Shown here: piece by piece, positions 10,204 to 20,081 of the stretch
Numbering within the stretch: position 1 is the stretch's first letter
How the letters are laid out: each line of letters begins with the position of its first letter
From: Bacilli bacterium
GTDB taxonomy: Bacteria; Bacillota_I; Bacilli_A; RFN20; CAG-826
DNA: 64,000 nucleotides
NCBI GenBank assembly: GCA_031556235.1
Contig: JAVBTH010000001.1
Coordinates: 519,009 to 583,008, forward strand
Reading direction: 5' to 3'
Position numbers and translations under genes: made by a program
The notes under the pieces: generated by a model
What the model was told of the DNA's origin: nothing
Databases searched by the model: none
The model's input: only the letters and a program-made list of their open reading frames with translations

Positions 10204-11688
10204 ATGGAAGAAATAGAATTAACTGAGCAAGAGGCTGTAAGAAGGGCAAAACTTGCAAAATATAAAGAACTTGGCGTGGATCCATTCGGTCAAAAATTTG
10301 TTTGTACTGAGAATAGCGCAACAATAAAAGAAAAATGTGCAAGTAAGACTCATGAAGAATTAGATGAGAATCCACTTATTGCTAAAGTAGCAGGCCGCAT
10401 TATGACAATTAGAAGAATGGGGAAAGCTTCATTTTTAAATATTCAAGATAAATTTGGACAAATTCAATTATATCTAAAAAAAGATGTTGTTGGAGATGAG
10501 GTTTATGAACTTTTTGATTTGGCTGACATTGGTGACATCGTCGGTGCAGAAGGAAGAGTCATGCTTACTAGAACTGGCGAACTTACAGTCCGTGTTGAAA
10601 AATATCAACATTTAACTAAAGCGCTAAGACCATTACCAGAAAAATTTCATGGCTTGACCGACATCGAAGAAAGACATCGCCGCCGCTATGTTGATTTAAT
10701 TATGAACGAAGATGCCAAAAGAGTGGCATTATTAAGACCAAGAATTATTCGTAGTATGCAACATTATTTAGATGACTTAGGCTACGTGGAGGTAGAAACA
10801 TCGGTCCTACACCCAGTGTTAGGTGGGGCTTCTGCTAGACCTTTTGTCACACATCATAATACCTTAGATAAGGATTTTTATCTTCGAATTGCTACAGAAT
10901 TACCGTTAAAAAGATTACTTGTTGGCGGTTTAGAAAAAGTTTATGAAATTGGTCGTTTGTTTAGAAACGAAGGAATGGACACACGTCACAATCCAGAGTT
11001 TACTACGATAGAATTATATATGAGTTATGGTGATATTGAAGATATGGCGGAACTCGCTGAAAACACTATTCGTCATATTGCTAAAGAAGTTCTAGGAACT
11101 GTCGATGTGCCATGGGGTGAAAAGACAATTCACTTAGGAGAACCATTTAGAAAAGTTCATATGGTGGATTTAATTAAAGAAACAACCGGGGTCGATTTCT
11201 GGCAACAAATGAGTTTTGATGAAGCGGTTGCTATTGCAAAAAAACATAAGGTTCCACTTGAGAAACACTATACTGGGGTTGGACATATTATCAATGAATT
11301 TTTCGAGGTGTTTTGTGAGAAAACAATCGTACAACCAACGTTTGTTTACGGCCATCCAATTGAAATAAGCCCACTAGCAAAAAAGAGCAAAGATGAGCGC
11401 TTTACTGAAAGATTTGAGTTGTTTATTGATAGCTGTGAATACGCAAACGCATTTACAGAATTAAATGATCCGCTCGATCAAAAGGAACGTTTTGACTCAC
11501 AATTGCGTGCAAAAGCACTTGGAGATAGCGAAGCGAGTGAAATGGATAGCGACTTTTTAGAGGCGCTTGAGTATGGTATGCCGCCTGCAGGTGGTATCGG
11601 AATGGGAATTGATAGATTGATAATGCTTCTTACAAATTCCGCTTCGATTAGAGAAGTTATACTCTTCCCATGTATGCGCGATCGTTAA
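10204..11688 (+). CDS. lysS: Lysine--tRNA ligase (class II)
   Basis: OB anticodon-binding domain plus class II motifs (GLEKVYEIGRLFRNEG, GGIGMGIDRL). ATG at 10204 is preceded by a GAGGTG RBS; the ORF-track start at 10195 is a GTG inside that RBS. Confidence 0.9.
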   Translation: MEEIELTEQEAVRRAKLAKYKELGVDPFGQKFVCTENSATIKEKCASKTHEELDENPLIAKVAGRIMTIRRMGKASFLNIQDKFGQIQLYLKKDVVGDEVYELFDLADIGDIVGAEGRVMLTRTGELTVRVEKYQHLTKALRPLPEKFHGLTDIEERHRRRYVDLIMNEDAKRVALLRPRIIRSMQHYLDDLGYVEVETSVLHPVLGGASARPFVTHHNTLDKDFYLRIATELPLKRLLVGGLEKVYEIGRLFRNEGMDTRHNPEFTTIELYMSYGDIEDMAELAENTIRHIAKEVLGTVDVPWGEKTIHLGEPFRKVHMVDLIKETTGVDFWQQMSFDEAVAIAKKHKVPLEKHYTGVGHIINEFFEVFCEKTIVQPTFVYGHPIEISPLAKKSKDERFTERFELFIDSCEYANAFTELNDPLDQKERFDSQLRAKALGDSEASEMDSDFLEALEYGMPPAGGIGMGIDRLIMLLTNSASIREVILFPCMRDR

Positions 11689-11707
11689 TTATTAAAAGTA
11701 TATACTA

Positions 11708-11739
11708 AGAGACTGCCTTACAGGAGGTCTCTTTTTTTG
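11708..11739 (+). terminator. Rho-independent terminator after lysS
   Basis: AGAGAC...GTCTCT stem followed by a T7 run. Confidence 0.75.
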
Positions 11740-11805
11740 TATATATTAATAATAAAGGGCAAAAATTATATAGCAGTGTCATAAGTTTAATTTAGGAGAA
11801 CATAT

Positions 11806-13875
11806 ATGCTAGAAAAATTTTCGCTTGAATCACAGAAGATAATTGCGTCTGCGGAATCATTGTCTTATGATTTATCGCACGCTTCAATTGGATGTGAGCA
11901 TTTGTTATTATCAATACTTAAATCACCAGATGTTTTACTCACAATAGAATTAAAAAAATATCGGGTGACATTCAAAAATGTTCTCAACGAAATTAAAGAC
12001 TTGTTTCATACGCCTCCAGGTGATTTATTTTTCATGGAGTATACTTTGGAACTTAAAAAGTTACTTGAAAACGCTATTTATGATAGCAAAGAGTATCGTG
12101 AAGAGAAAGTGTCTTTAAATACACTTTGCATTACTTTTATTAAGCATTTAGAAGGCATTTGCAACGATATATTCGAAAAGTACGAAGTCGATAAAAAAAT
12201 AGTAATGGCAACACTAATTAAAAATCATAAAAAATGTTCAGATTTAGATAGAGTAATTGATTTGCACAATCTAAAGGATGTAAGAAAAGACCCTCTCATC
12301 GGCAGAAAGGCTGAGTTAAAGCAATTAATAAATACTTTAAAGAGAAGAAATAAACCAAATGCTTTAATTATAGGTGCCCCAGGTATTGGAAAGACTGCGA
12401 TTGTTGAAGAGTTAGCATTTTTGCTATCAAAAAACGAAATTAAAGGCTTAGAGAATAAAAGAATTTATGAGTTAGATATGTCTTCGGTTGTGGGTGGAAC
12501 AAAATATCGTGGAGAATTTGAAGAAAAGCTTAAAAAAATAATTAAGTTGGTTAAGGAAGATCGAGATGCCATTTTGTTTATTGATGAAATCCATAATATT
12601 ATAAAAGCCGGTGGTGCTGAAGGAGCGATTGACGCGAGCAATATTTTTAAGCCATATTTGTCGAGAGGAGAAATTCAAATCATTGGTGCCACGACAACTG
12701 ATGAGTATCATCAAACAATTGAAAAAGATAAAGCACTAAATAGACGTTTTCAGATAATTAAAATTGACCCTTCGACCAAATCAGAAACAAAAGAAATTTT
12801 ACAATCGCTTCGTCCAATCTACGAAGATCATTATAAAATTACTATCTCATCAGATTTAATGAACTATATTGTTGACTTAGCAGATGAATATATACCTAAC
12901 CAAGCTTTTCCGGATAAAGCTATCGATATCCTTGACAATTCTTGTGTAGATGCGACCGGAGAGTTAACTATCAATGATATAAACACTATCGTTGAATCGT
13001 ATTATAATGTATCAATATCTAACGTCAGTAGAGCAATGCGTGTTAGAAAGAAATTAGAAGAAAACATTTTTGGACAAGAGGAAGTTATAAACAAAGTATA
13101 TCGTGGATTGCTGCGAATCGAAAAAGGGCTTGTGCATCGAGATAAACCGCTTTTAACAATGTTTTTTGTAGGTCCGTCTGGAGTTGGCAAAACAGAAACC
13201 GCAAAAATAATTGCAAAAGAGTTTGTAAATAATGATCAAGCCCTTATTAAACTAGATATGGCTCAATATCAAGAGAGTGTTTCTCTAAATAAATTAATTG
13301 GATCGGCACCAGGATATGTTGGTTATAACGAATCTCCTTCTTTTGTTAAACGTATGAAAATGCATCCACATTGCGTGGTTTTACTTGATGAAATTGAAAA
13401 AGCACATCTTGATGTTTCGGATTTTTTCTTAAATATCTTTGATGAAGGTTATTTTACTGATGCGCATGGTGAGCGTGTTAATTGTACAAACGCTATCTTT
13501 ATTCTTACTTCAAACATAGGGTTTGATTTAGAAAATATTACTAAAAAAAGATATAGCGTAGCAAATGGCGAAAAAAACGTAGAACAAGATATTTATAAGC
13601 TATTATCCCGTCATTTCCGCCTTGAATTCCTAAATAGAATAGATGATATAGTCCCATTCAAATACTTAGATAGTAGAGTGCATTTAATGATGGTAAACAA
13701 AATAAAGCAAGATTTTATTAATAATTACAATTTTGAGCAATCATCGATATTGGAAGATGTTGTTATCGAGGTAGACAATGCTCAATTTGAACGTTTTGGA
13801 GTGAGATATATTAAGCGAATGATTGCGGATAAGTTAAGCGAATACATTGAAGAATCTGACAAAATAAAAAAATAA
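11806..13875 (+). CDS. Clp/Hsp100 family AAA+ ATPase with Clp_N domain and two AAA modules (ClpC/ClpE/ClpA-like), no obvious M/UVR linker
   Basis: Clp_N repeats at the N-terminus; D1 Walker A GAPGIGKTAIVEEL, D2 Walker A GPSGVGKTETAKIIA and the GYVGY motif. Only 689 aa. Confidence 0.65.
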   Translation: MLEKFSLESQKIIASAESLSYDLSHASIGCEHLLLSILKSPDVLLTIELKKYRVTFKNVLNEIKDLFHTPPGDLFFMEYTLELKKLLENAIYDSKEYREEKVSLNTLCITFIKHLEGICNDIFEKYEVDKKIVMATLIKNHKKCSDLDRVIDLHNLKDVRKDPLIGRKAELKQLINTLKRRNKPNALIIGAPGIGKTAIVEELAFLLSKNEIKGLENKRIYELDMSSVVGGTKYRGEFEEKLKKIIKLVKEDRDAILFIDEIHNIIKAGGAEGAIDASNIFKPYLSRGEIQIIGATTTDEYHQTIEKDKALNRRFQIIKIDPSTKSETKEILQSLRPIYEDHYKITISSDLMNYIVDLADEYIPNQAFPDKAIDILDNSCVDATGELTINDINTIVESYYNVSISNVSRAMRVRKKLEENIFGQEEVINKVYRGLLRIEKGLVHRDKPLLTMFFVGPSGVGKTETAKIIAKEFVNNDQALIKLDMAQYQESVSLNKLIGSAPGYVGYNESPSFVKRMKMHPHCVVLLDEIEKAHLDVSDFFLNIFDEGYFTDAHGERVNCTNAIFILTSNIGFDLENITKKRYSVANGEKNVEQDIYKLLSRHFRLEFLNRIDDIVPFKYLDSRVHLMMVNKIKQDFINNYNFEQSSILEDVVIEVDNAQFERFGVRYIKRMIADKLSEYIEESDKIKK

Positions 13876-13881
13876 GTTGAA

Positions 13882-13916
13882 TCGCCTGCTATTATATTAA
13901 TAGGGGCGTTTTTTTA
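13882..13916 (+). terminator. Weak terminator-like hairpin plus T7 run after the Clp ATPase gene
   Basis: A 4-5 bp CGCC/GGCG stem followed by a T-run. Confidence 0.4.
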
Positions 13917-14073
13917 TGACGGAAAAATCCTCCTATATGTAATATAGAGATTGCATAATTTCTTTACTTTGTCCTTATAGGTGTGTATAATTGTTAAAGG
14001 TAGTGTGAAGGCTACTAAAATAACTCTCTGCTATTCATTAGAATAGCCAGAAAGACCATAGGGAGGTGTACTC

Positions 14074-14361
14074 ATGCGTAAGTACGAAATTATGTATATT
14101 CTTGTACCACAACTCACCGAGGAAGCTCGTAAAGCCGAAATGGAAAAATTACATGCCATTTTAGTTAATAAAGGCGCCAAGGTTGCAGACGTAAAAGAGT
14201 GGGGACTTCGTGAATTAGCTTATGAAATTAACGATTTAACCAAAGGATTTTATGTCTTGATTAAAGTTGAAGGTGAAGCTGAAGCGACAAAAGAATTTGA
14301 TCGTTTAGCGAAGATAAATGCTAATGTTGTCCGTCATCTTATTACTATTGACAAAAACTAA
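14074..14361 (+). CDS. rpsF: 30S ribosomal protein S6
   Basis: MRKYEIMYILVP... sequence and the rpsF-ssb-rpsR operon arrangement. Confidence 0.95.
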   Translation: MRKYEIMYILVPQLTEEARKAEMEKLHAILVNKGAKVADVKEWGLRELAYEINDLTKGFYVLIKVEGEAEATKEFDRLAKINANVVRHLITIDKN

Positions 14362-14378
14362 GAGGGAGAAACAAAAGT

Positions 14379-14804
14379 ATGATTAATCGTGTAGTGCTAG
14401 TAGGTCGCTTAACTCGCGATCCAGAATTAAGAAAAACAACAAAAAACAACATTGCTGTTGTATCCTTCACTATCGCAGTTGACAATCGTTTTAAATCACC
14501 AACAGGCGAAAAAAGCGCTAGTTTTATTCCATGTATTGTATGGAAAGAAACTGCTGAAAACGTTGCTAAATTTACCCATAAAGGTTCACTTGTAGGTGTT
14601 GAAGGCCGCTTAAGCCAACGCAGCTATGAATCTAAAGATGGAAAAAATGTTCAAGTATTTGAAGTTGTGTGTGACACAGTTCAATTCTTGGAACCTAAAG
14701 GAACTAACACAAGCGCTGCTGAGCATTCATTTATTGATGAACCAGTAGAAGAAGAAAATAAAAACTTATCATCAGTTGATATTGATGATGACTTACCATT
14801 TTAA
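14379..14804 (+). CDS. ssb: Single-stranded DNA-binding protein
   Basis: OB fold ([14 protein letters not shown]) and the acidic C-terminal tail DDDLPF. Confidence 0.95.
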   Translation: MINRVVLVGRLTRDPELRKTTKNNIAVVSFTIAVDNRFKSPTGEKSASFIPCIVWKETAENVAKFTHKGSLVGVEGRLSQRSYESKDGKNVQVFEVVCDTVQFLEPKGTNTSAAEHSFIDEPVEEENKNLSSVDIDDDLPF

Positions 14805-14818
14805 GGAGGTTATATCTT

Positions 14819-15046
14819 ATGGCTTTTAAGAAAATGAGACCAAGAAAAAAGGTCTGTAATTTTTGCAAAAATAAAGAAGAACGTATTGATTACAAAAACG
14901 TTGAATTAATGAAACATTATATTTCATTAAACGGCAAAATCTCGCCACGTCGCACGACTGGCACATGTGCAAAGCACCAAAGAGAAGTTGCTGGCGCAAT
15001 CAAAAACGCTCGCTTTATGGCTCTATTACCATATTCAGTCGAATAA
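14819..15046 (+). CDS. rpsR: 30S ribosomal protein S18
   Basis: 75 aa with the conserved S18 core. Operon position after ssb. Confidence 0.95.
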   Translation: MAFKKMRPRKKVCNFCKNKEERIDYKNVELMKHYISLNGKISPRRTTGTCAKHQREVAGAIKNARFMALLPYSVE

Positions 15047-15057
15047 AAGAATTAAAA

Positions 15058-15088
15058 TGCCTCCGAGAATTAAATCGGAGGCTTTTAT
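15058..15088 (+). terminator. Rho-independent terminator after rpsR
   Basis: GCCTCCGA-gaattaaa-TCGGAGGC hairpin followed by a TTTT run. Confidence 0.8.
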
Positions 15089-15108
15089 TTAAATGAGGAG
15101 GAATAAAG

Positions 15109-16062
15109 ATGAACAAAATTAAACATATTACTGATGCAGGAATGATTACAGGCATTATTGTTGTTTTTTTGTTGATTAGCCGACTCACTGGTGGCGCGTT
15201 TGAAGAACTGTTAACATTTATGCTTCCCATACCATTAGCGCTCTATACGCTTAAATACGACGCTAAAAAGGGAATAGTTCCTCTGGTGGCTATATCGTTA
15301 ATTTCTTTCTTTGTGATTAGTCCAATTAAAGCAGCTTGCTATATTTTGCCTGCAAATATAGTTGGTTTAATCTATGGTAGTGTCTTAAAAACTAAAATAA
15401 ATACAAGTTTAAAAATACTGGTGGCAATAATGGGTGCAATTGTAATTAACGTTCTTACCACTGTTATTTTTTCAAAACTAATTTTCGGTTTTACTATTAT
15501 CGAAGACACCAAAGTTTTGGTGGCAGAAATTATTAAAATATTAGAACAAGCTGGAATTAAACAAATAAACTTAGTAATTTTTGAATCAATTATGTTAGGT
15601 CTAATTCCTAGTATAATAATTATTACGAGCATAATGGAGGGTATCTTAACTCATTTTTGTGTTACTTTACTTGCTGAAAAGGTCTATCGTATTAATTTGG
15701 GTCGTGCTTTTTTAGGTTTTAAGCTTTCTGTTCCTAAAATTGCAACGTTTATAGTACTCCCAATCATGATTGGCGCATTGATATATCTAAGTAGATTTTT
15801 AAGTTCTAATGGGGAAATGCACATAATTTTTGTAATAAGTCTTAATATCACGATAGTATTTATGATTCTTTATGCCTTGCAAGGAAGTATGGTAACCGCT
15901 TTATATTTTCGTCAAACAAATCGACAATTCTTACAAATTCTAGTTGTGTTGTCGGTATTCGTTTTTCCATACGCTATCGCCACAGTCGGGGCGTTAGATT
16001 CAATTTTCGACTTAAAGATGAGAATTCTTCTCCGAAAACAAAAAAATAAGTCAAACGAATAG
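15109..16062 (+). CDS. yybS: YybS-family (DUF2232) polytopic membrane protein
   Basis: About 317 aa, many TM helices. Conserved position between rpsR and gdpP as in Bacillus. Confidence 0.6.
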   Translation: MNKIKHITDAGMITGIIVVFLLISRLTGGAFEELLTFMLPIPLALYTLKYDAKKGIVPLVAISLISFFVISPIKAACYILPANIVGLIYGSVLKTKINTSLKILVAIMGAIVINVLTTVIFSKLIFGFTIIEDTKVLVAEIIKILEQAGIKQINLVIFESIMLGLIPSIIIITSIMEGILTHFCVTLLAEKVYRINLGRAFLGFKLSVPKIATFIVLPIMIGALIYLSRFLSSNGEMHIIFVISLNITIVFMILYALQGSMVTALYFRQTNRQFLQILVVLSVFVFPYAIATVGALDSIFDLKMRILLRKQKNKSNE

Positions 16063-16113
16063 ATGCGTTTTTTCGTGGCATTTGTTATAACAAATGATGT
16101 ATAATATCAACAG

Positions 16114-18144
16114 GTGACAAACATGATAAAAGCTCTCAGTAAAATTCGAATTAGAACGTTATTATTATTCTCAGCGCAAATACTCGTTATTGCTGCTTTT
16201 TTTGCTTTATGGCACTTTGATGTCTTTTCTTTAAAGGATGTTGTAACGATTGAGGCTATAGCCCTTGGGCTAATGCTTTTTACATTAATTGACATAGTTT
16301 TTGTGACATCAATTATTGCTAGAATTTCTAAAATTAGGCATAAAGCTGATTTAAGAGCCGCCGAAATAATTGGATCAGACGTCCAAGAAGCTTATAATTT
16401 TGGAGCAATCGGCCTATTAGTTGTTGATGAAAGTGATGTTATACTATGGACAAATGAGTTGTTCGCGGAGCGGCAAATAAATGTCATGGACTTAAATGTT
16501 TTTGAATGGCAACCCAAATTGCGCGAACTTAAGAATAGTGAAGAGGAAGATTTCACGGTAAAAGTGGACATTAACTCGCATATTTACGAAGTTAAATACT
16601 TACCAGATGCAATGCTTTACATATTGAAAGATGTTTCCGAATTTGAATCCTTGTATAAATATTCGAAAGAACAATCTCCCGTTGTAGGAGTTTTAATGAT
16701 TGATAACTATGCCGACGTTGTCGCAAACCTTGATGACAATAGTGATACTGTTGCTAATATTCGTAAGGCGATTGCGGAATACGCTAAAAAGCACGGTTTG
16801 CTTTTAAGACGTTATCGCTCTGATGCGTATTTTGCCCTTTGCACATATAAATCTTTTGAAGTAATGCGAGCAAACGATCAGTTCTCCTTATTAGATGCAG
16901 TTCGTGGATTTGGCGCCGGGGATGAAACTCCTCTTACTCTTTCGATGGGGTTCGCTTATGACTTTCCAGATGTTATTAAACTAAACGATATGGCGGTAAG
17001 CGCCATGGATATTGCAATGTCTCGCGGTGGAGACCAAGTTGTTGTTTCGCGATATGGCGATGAATTAGCCTTCTTCGGTGGTAAAACAGAAGCTCAAGAA
17101 AAACGTAATAAAGTAAAAGTTCGTGTTATGGCTGACTCACTTGTAGGCTTAATAAAGGCTTCATCGAATGTACTTATTATGTCTCATGCGGATATGGATT
17201 TAGATGCTTTAGGAAGTGCGTTAGGTGTTAAGGCGATATGTGACCATTTAAATAAGAACTCTTTAGTAGTTTATGATCCAAAGAACACTGAAAGAAAAAC
17301 TCGCAACGCCGTAACAACGATGTTCTCTCGTGAGGAATTAGGTAGAATAATGATTTCTCCTCAAGATTGTTTAGAAAAACTAAAAAACAATACGCTAGTG
17401 ATTATTACTGACGTGCACAGACCATCTATGACCACTTATCCTAAACTTTTAGAAGAAGCAACAAAGGTTGTTGTTATTGATCATCATCGTCGTGGCGAAG
17501 AATTTATTGAATCACCAGTGTTTAACTATGTCGAACCGTCTGCCTCATCAGCTTCCGAACTTGTCGCGGAATTAATTAGATATAGTTCAAGCAATCCAAA
17601 AATCTCTGTTCCTTCCTCGTACGCTACAATCATGTTGGCTGGTATTTTCTTAGATACGAATTACTATCGTGCTAAAACAGCTGGTATGAGAACTTTTGAA
17701 GCTTCGATGATTTTAAAAGAGTTTGGTGCGGAAAACTCTCAAGCAGATGATTTCTTGAAAGATGAATATGAAGAATACGCATTGAAAACAAAAATAATGT
17801 CAAATACACACACGCCATATTATGGTGTCGTAGTAGCGCAAGCAGATGATAAGGATTATATTGAAAGAGCTACATTAGCAAAAGTAGCAAATCAAAGTTT
17901 GCAAATTAAGGGAATAAATGCAGTATTTGTGATTGGAAATAGTGCTGAAAAAGAAACAAGAATGTCGGCCCGTAGTGATGGGTCAATCAACGTTCAGTTA
18001 TTACTTGAGAAGATGGGTGGCGGTGGTCACTTTACAAGTGCTGCGGCAGTGTTTACAAACTCATCAATTACAGAAGTAAATCAAAAACTAGAAGAAGTGT
18101 TAGAGCAATATTTAAGTGTTGCGCGAAGCACATATAAAAAATAA
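16114..18144 (+). CDS. gdpP: Cyclic-di-AMP phosphodiesterase GdpP (2 TM, PAS, degenerate GGDEF, DHH/DHHA1)
   Basis: Two N-terminal TM helices and the DHH motif region (LIMSHADMDLDALGSALG, VIDHH). DHHA1 with the GGGH motif. Synteny with rplI. Confidence 0.85.
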   Translation: MTNMIKALSKIRIRTLLLFSAQILVIAAFFALWHFDVFSLKDVVTIEAIALGLMLFTLIDIVFVTSIIARISKIRHKADLRAAEIIGSDVQEAYNFGAIGLLVVDESDVILWTNELFAERQINVMDLNVFEWQPKLRELKNSEEEDFTVKVDINSHIYEVKYLPDAMLYILKDVSEFESLYKYSKEQSPVVGVLMIDNYADVVANLDDNSDTVANIRKAIAEYAKKHGLLLRRYRSDAYFALCTYKSFEVMRANDQFSLLDAVRGFGAGDETPLTLSMGFAYDFPDVIKLNDMAVSAMDIAMSRGGDQVVVSRYGDELAFFGGKTEAQEKRNKVKVRVMADSLVGLIKASSNVLIMSHADMDLDALGSALGVKAICDHLNKNSLVVYDPKNTERKTRNAVTTMFSREELGRIMISPQDCLEKLKNNTLVIITDVHRPSMTTYPKLLEEATKVVVIDHHRRGEEFIESPVFNYVEPSASSASELVAELIRYSSSNPKISVPSSYATIMLAGIFLDTNYYRAKTAGMRTFEASMILKEFGAENSQADDFLKDEYEEYALKTKIMSNTHTPYYGVVVAQADDKDYIERATLAKVANQSLQIKGINAVFVIGNSAEKETRMSARSDGSINVQLLLEKMGGGGHFTSAAAVFTNSSITEVNQKLEEVLEQYLSVARSTYKK

Positions 18145-18155
18145 GGAGTGATATT

Positions 18156-18605
18156 ATGAAAGTGGTATTATTACAGGATGTTAAAGGTGTTGGAAAAAAG
18201 GGTCAGGTTGTTGAAGTAAGTGACGGATATGGCGCAAACTTTATTATTCCAAGAAAGTTAGGCGTTCTAGCAACTAAAAAAAGTGTAGAAATACGCGATC
18301 AACAAGTAGTGGATGCAAAGAATCTGGAAGCCCAAAAAAGGCAAGAAGCTGAAGTTTTGAAAGAAAAACTTAAGGATGTTATCGTTGAATTTGCATGCAA
18401 AACTGGCAAGGATGGAAAAATGTTTGGTTCAATTTCATCTAAGCAAATTGCCGAAGAATTAAAGAGTAAACATGGAATAGAGATAGATAAGCGGAAGTTT
18501 ATTGATCAAACCACTGCAAGTAATGTGGGGTACACTATTTTAAAAATAGAGTTATTTAAAAATGTCGTTGGAGAAATTAAAGTACATATAAAAGAAATGA
18601 AGTAG
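18156..18605 (+). CDS. rplI: 50S ribosomal protein L9
   Basis: MKVVLLQDVKGVGKKGQVVEVSDGYGANFIIP N-terminus. Confidence 0.95.
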   Translation: MKVVLLQDVKGVGKKGQVVEVSDGYGANFIIPRKLGVLATKKSVEIRDQQVVDAKNLEAQKRQEAEVLKEKLKDVIVEFACKTGKDGKMFGSISSKQIAEELKSKHGIEIDKRKFIDQTTASNVGYTILKIELFKNVVGEIKVHIKEMK

Positions 18606-18612
18606 GTGCATT

Positions 18613-20070
18613 ATGGCTAAATTAAAATTACCAAATGATCAATATGCGGAACGAGCAGTGCTAGGAGCAATGCTTATTTCAACTGAAGCATTAGTGATTG
18701 GTCTAGGTTCTTTAGAGATCGAAGAGTTTTATGAAGAAAACTTGGAACACCGATTAGTCTTTGAAGCTATGATCCGCCTTAGTGACAGTCGTAGCGAAGT
18801 TGATGTGGGAACTGTTTATAACGAGTTATCAAATATGCAACAAATAGAAAAAGTGGGAGGATTTCAATTCCTTGAACTCTTGTCAGATAGTGCGATTGGA
18901 TTAACTGGGTTAGAGCACTATGTAAAAATAATTAAAGATGCTTATGTTTTAAGAAAACTTCTATTAGAGTTAGAGGTTATTAAAGAGGAATATGGCAAAG
19001 GAATCGAAGGAACAGTTCCTGATTTTGTTGCTAGCGCAGGAGATAAAATAGCTAAAATTGTTGAACGTCGGCGTGTTGCAGAATTTGTACCAATTGGCGA
19101 ATATGTTGAAAGAGTTGAAAAAGAGTTAAGCATTCAAAGAGAATCGAGCGAAGACTCTATTACCGGTATTTCGACTGGATATTCACGGCTTAATTATTTA
19201 ACAAACGGTTGGCAAAATGAAAACATGATTGTTGTGGCGGCGCGTCCTAGTGGAGGTAAAACAGCTTTATCATTAAATTTTGCTTTAACCGCCGCTAAAA
19301 AAACGAAAAAAACAGTGGCTTTTTTCTCATTAGAAATGTCGGGAGATTTACTTACCAAACGTTTGCTTGCAATTGAATCACTTGTCGATTTGACGCGCAT
19401 TACAACGGGACATTTGAACAGGAATGAACAAATCGATGTTGCCAGCGCGGCAAAAAGGTTGAGCGACTTAAAAATCTATATAGATGATACTCCAAGCATA
19501 AAAATGGCTGATATGATTGCGAAAGCTAAAAAAATGCAAAATTCACATAATGATTTAGCAATGGTTGTTGTTGACTACATTGGGTTAATAACATCTTCTG
19601 CTCGTTCAGAAAGTCGCCAGCAAGAAGTTTCTGAATATTCACGTAAACTCAAGGATTTAGCGAGAATGCTTAAAGTGCCAGTAATTATTCTTTGTCAATT
19701 ATCTCGTAAAGTAGATGACCGCGACAACAGTGAACCAATTATGAGTGACTTAAAGGAGTCAGGGCAAATAGAGCAGGATGCTGATATGATTTTACTATTG
19801 AGTGCTAAAGACACTGGTAAAAAAGGTAAAAAGAAATTTGGAAGCCCTAAAGAGGGCGAAGAAGAGGTTATTGAAAAACCTAAAAATCCTGATCGAGTTA
19901 TTATTAAAGCAAATTTAGTAAAAAACCGAAATGGTCAAACAGGAGAAAGTTTGCTTTTATTTCAAAAGAAATGGTCACTGTTTAGTGATTTGACTGAAGA
20001 AAACATTGAAGAATTTAAAGAACTTCTTGTTGGGGAAGAACACTCTCTGCCAAGATTTAAGAATAAATAG
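18613..20070 (+). CDS. dnaB: Replicative DNA helicase (DnaB family; dnaC in Bacillus nomenclature)
   Basis: N-terminal DnaB domain, Walker A ARPSGGKTA, and the RecA-like fold with QLSR and KNRNGQTG motifs. Carries a Lys-rich insertion before the NRNG motif. Confidence 0.9.
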   Translation: MAKLKLPNDQYAERAVLGAMLISTEALVIGLGSLEIEEFYEENLEHRLVFEAMIRLSDSRSEVDVGTVYNELSNMQQIEKVGGFQFLELLSDSAIGLTGLEHYVKIIKDAYVLRKLLLELEVIKEEYGKGIEGTVPDFVASAGDKIAKIVERRRVAEFVPIGEYVERVEKELSIQRESSEDSITGISTGYSRLNYLTNGWQNENMIVVAARPSGGKTALSLNFALTAAKKTKKTVAFFSLEMSGDLLTKRLLAIESLVDLTRITTGHLNRNEQIDVASAAKRLSDLKIYIDDTPSIKMADMIAKAKKMQNSHNDLAMVVVDYIGLITSSARSESRQQEVSEYSRKLKDLARMLKVPVIILCQLSRKVDDRDNSEPIMSDLKESGQIEQDADMILLLSAKDTGKKGKKKFGSPKEGEEEVIEKPKNPDRVIIKANLVKNRNGQTGESLLLFQKKWSLFSDLTEENIEEFKELLVGEEHSLPRFKNK

Positions 20071-20081
20071 GGAAAATAAAA

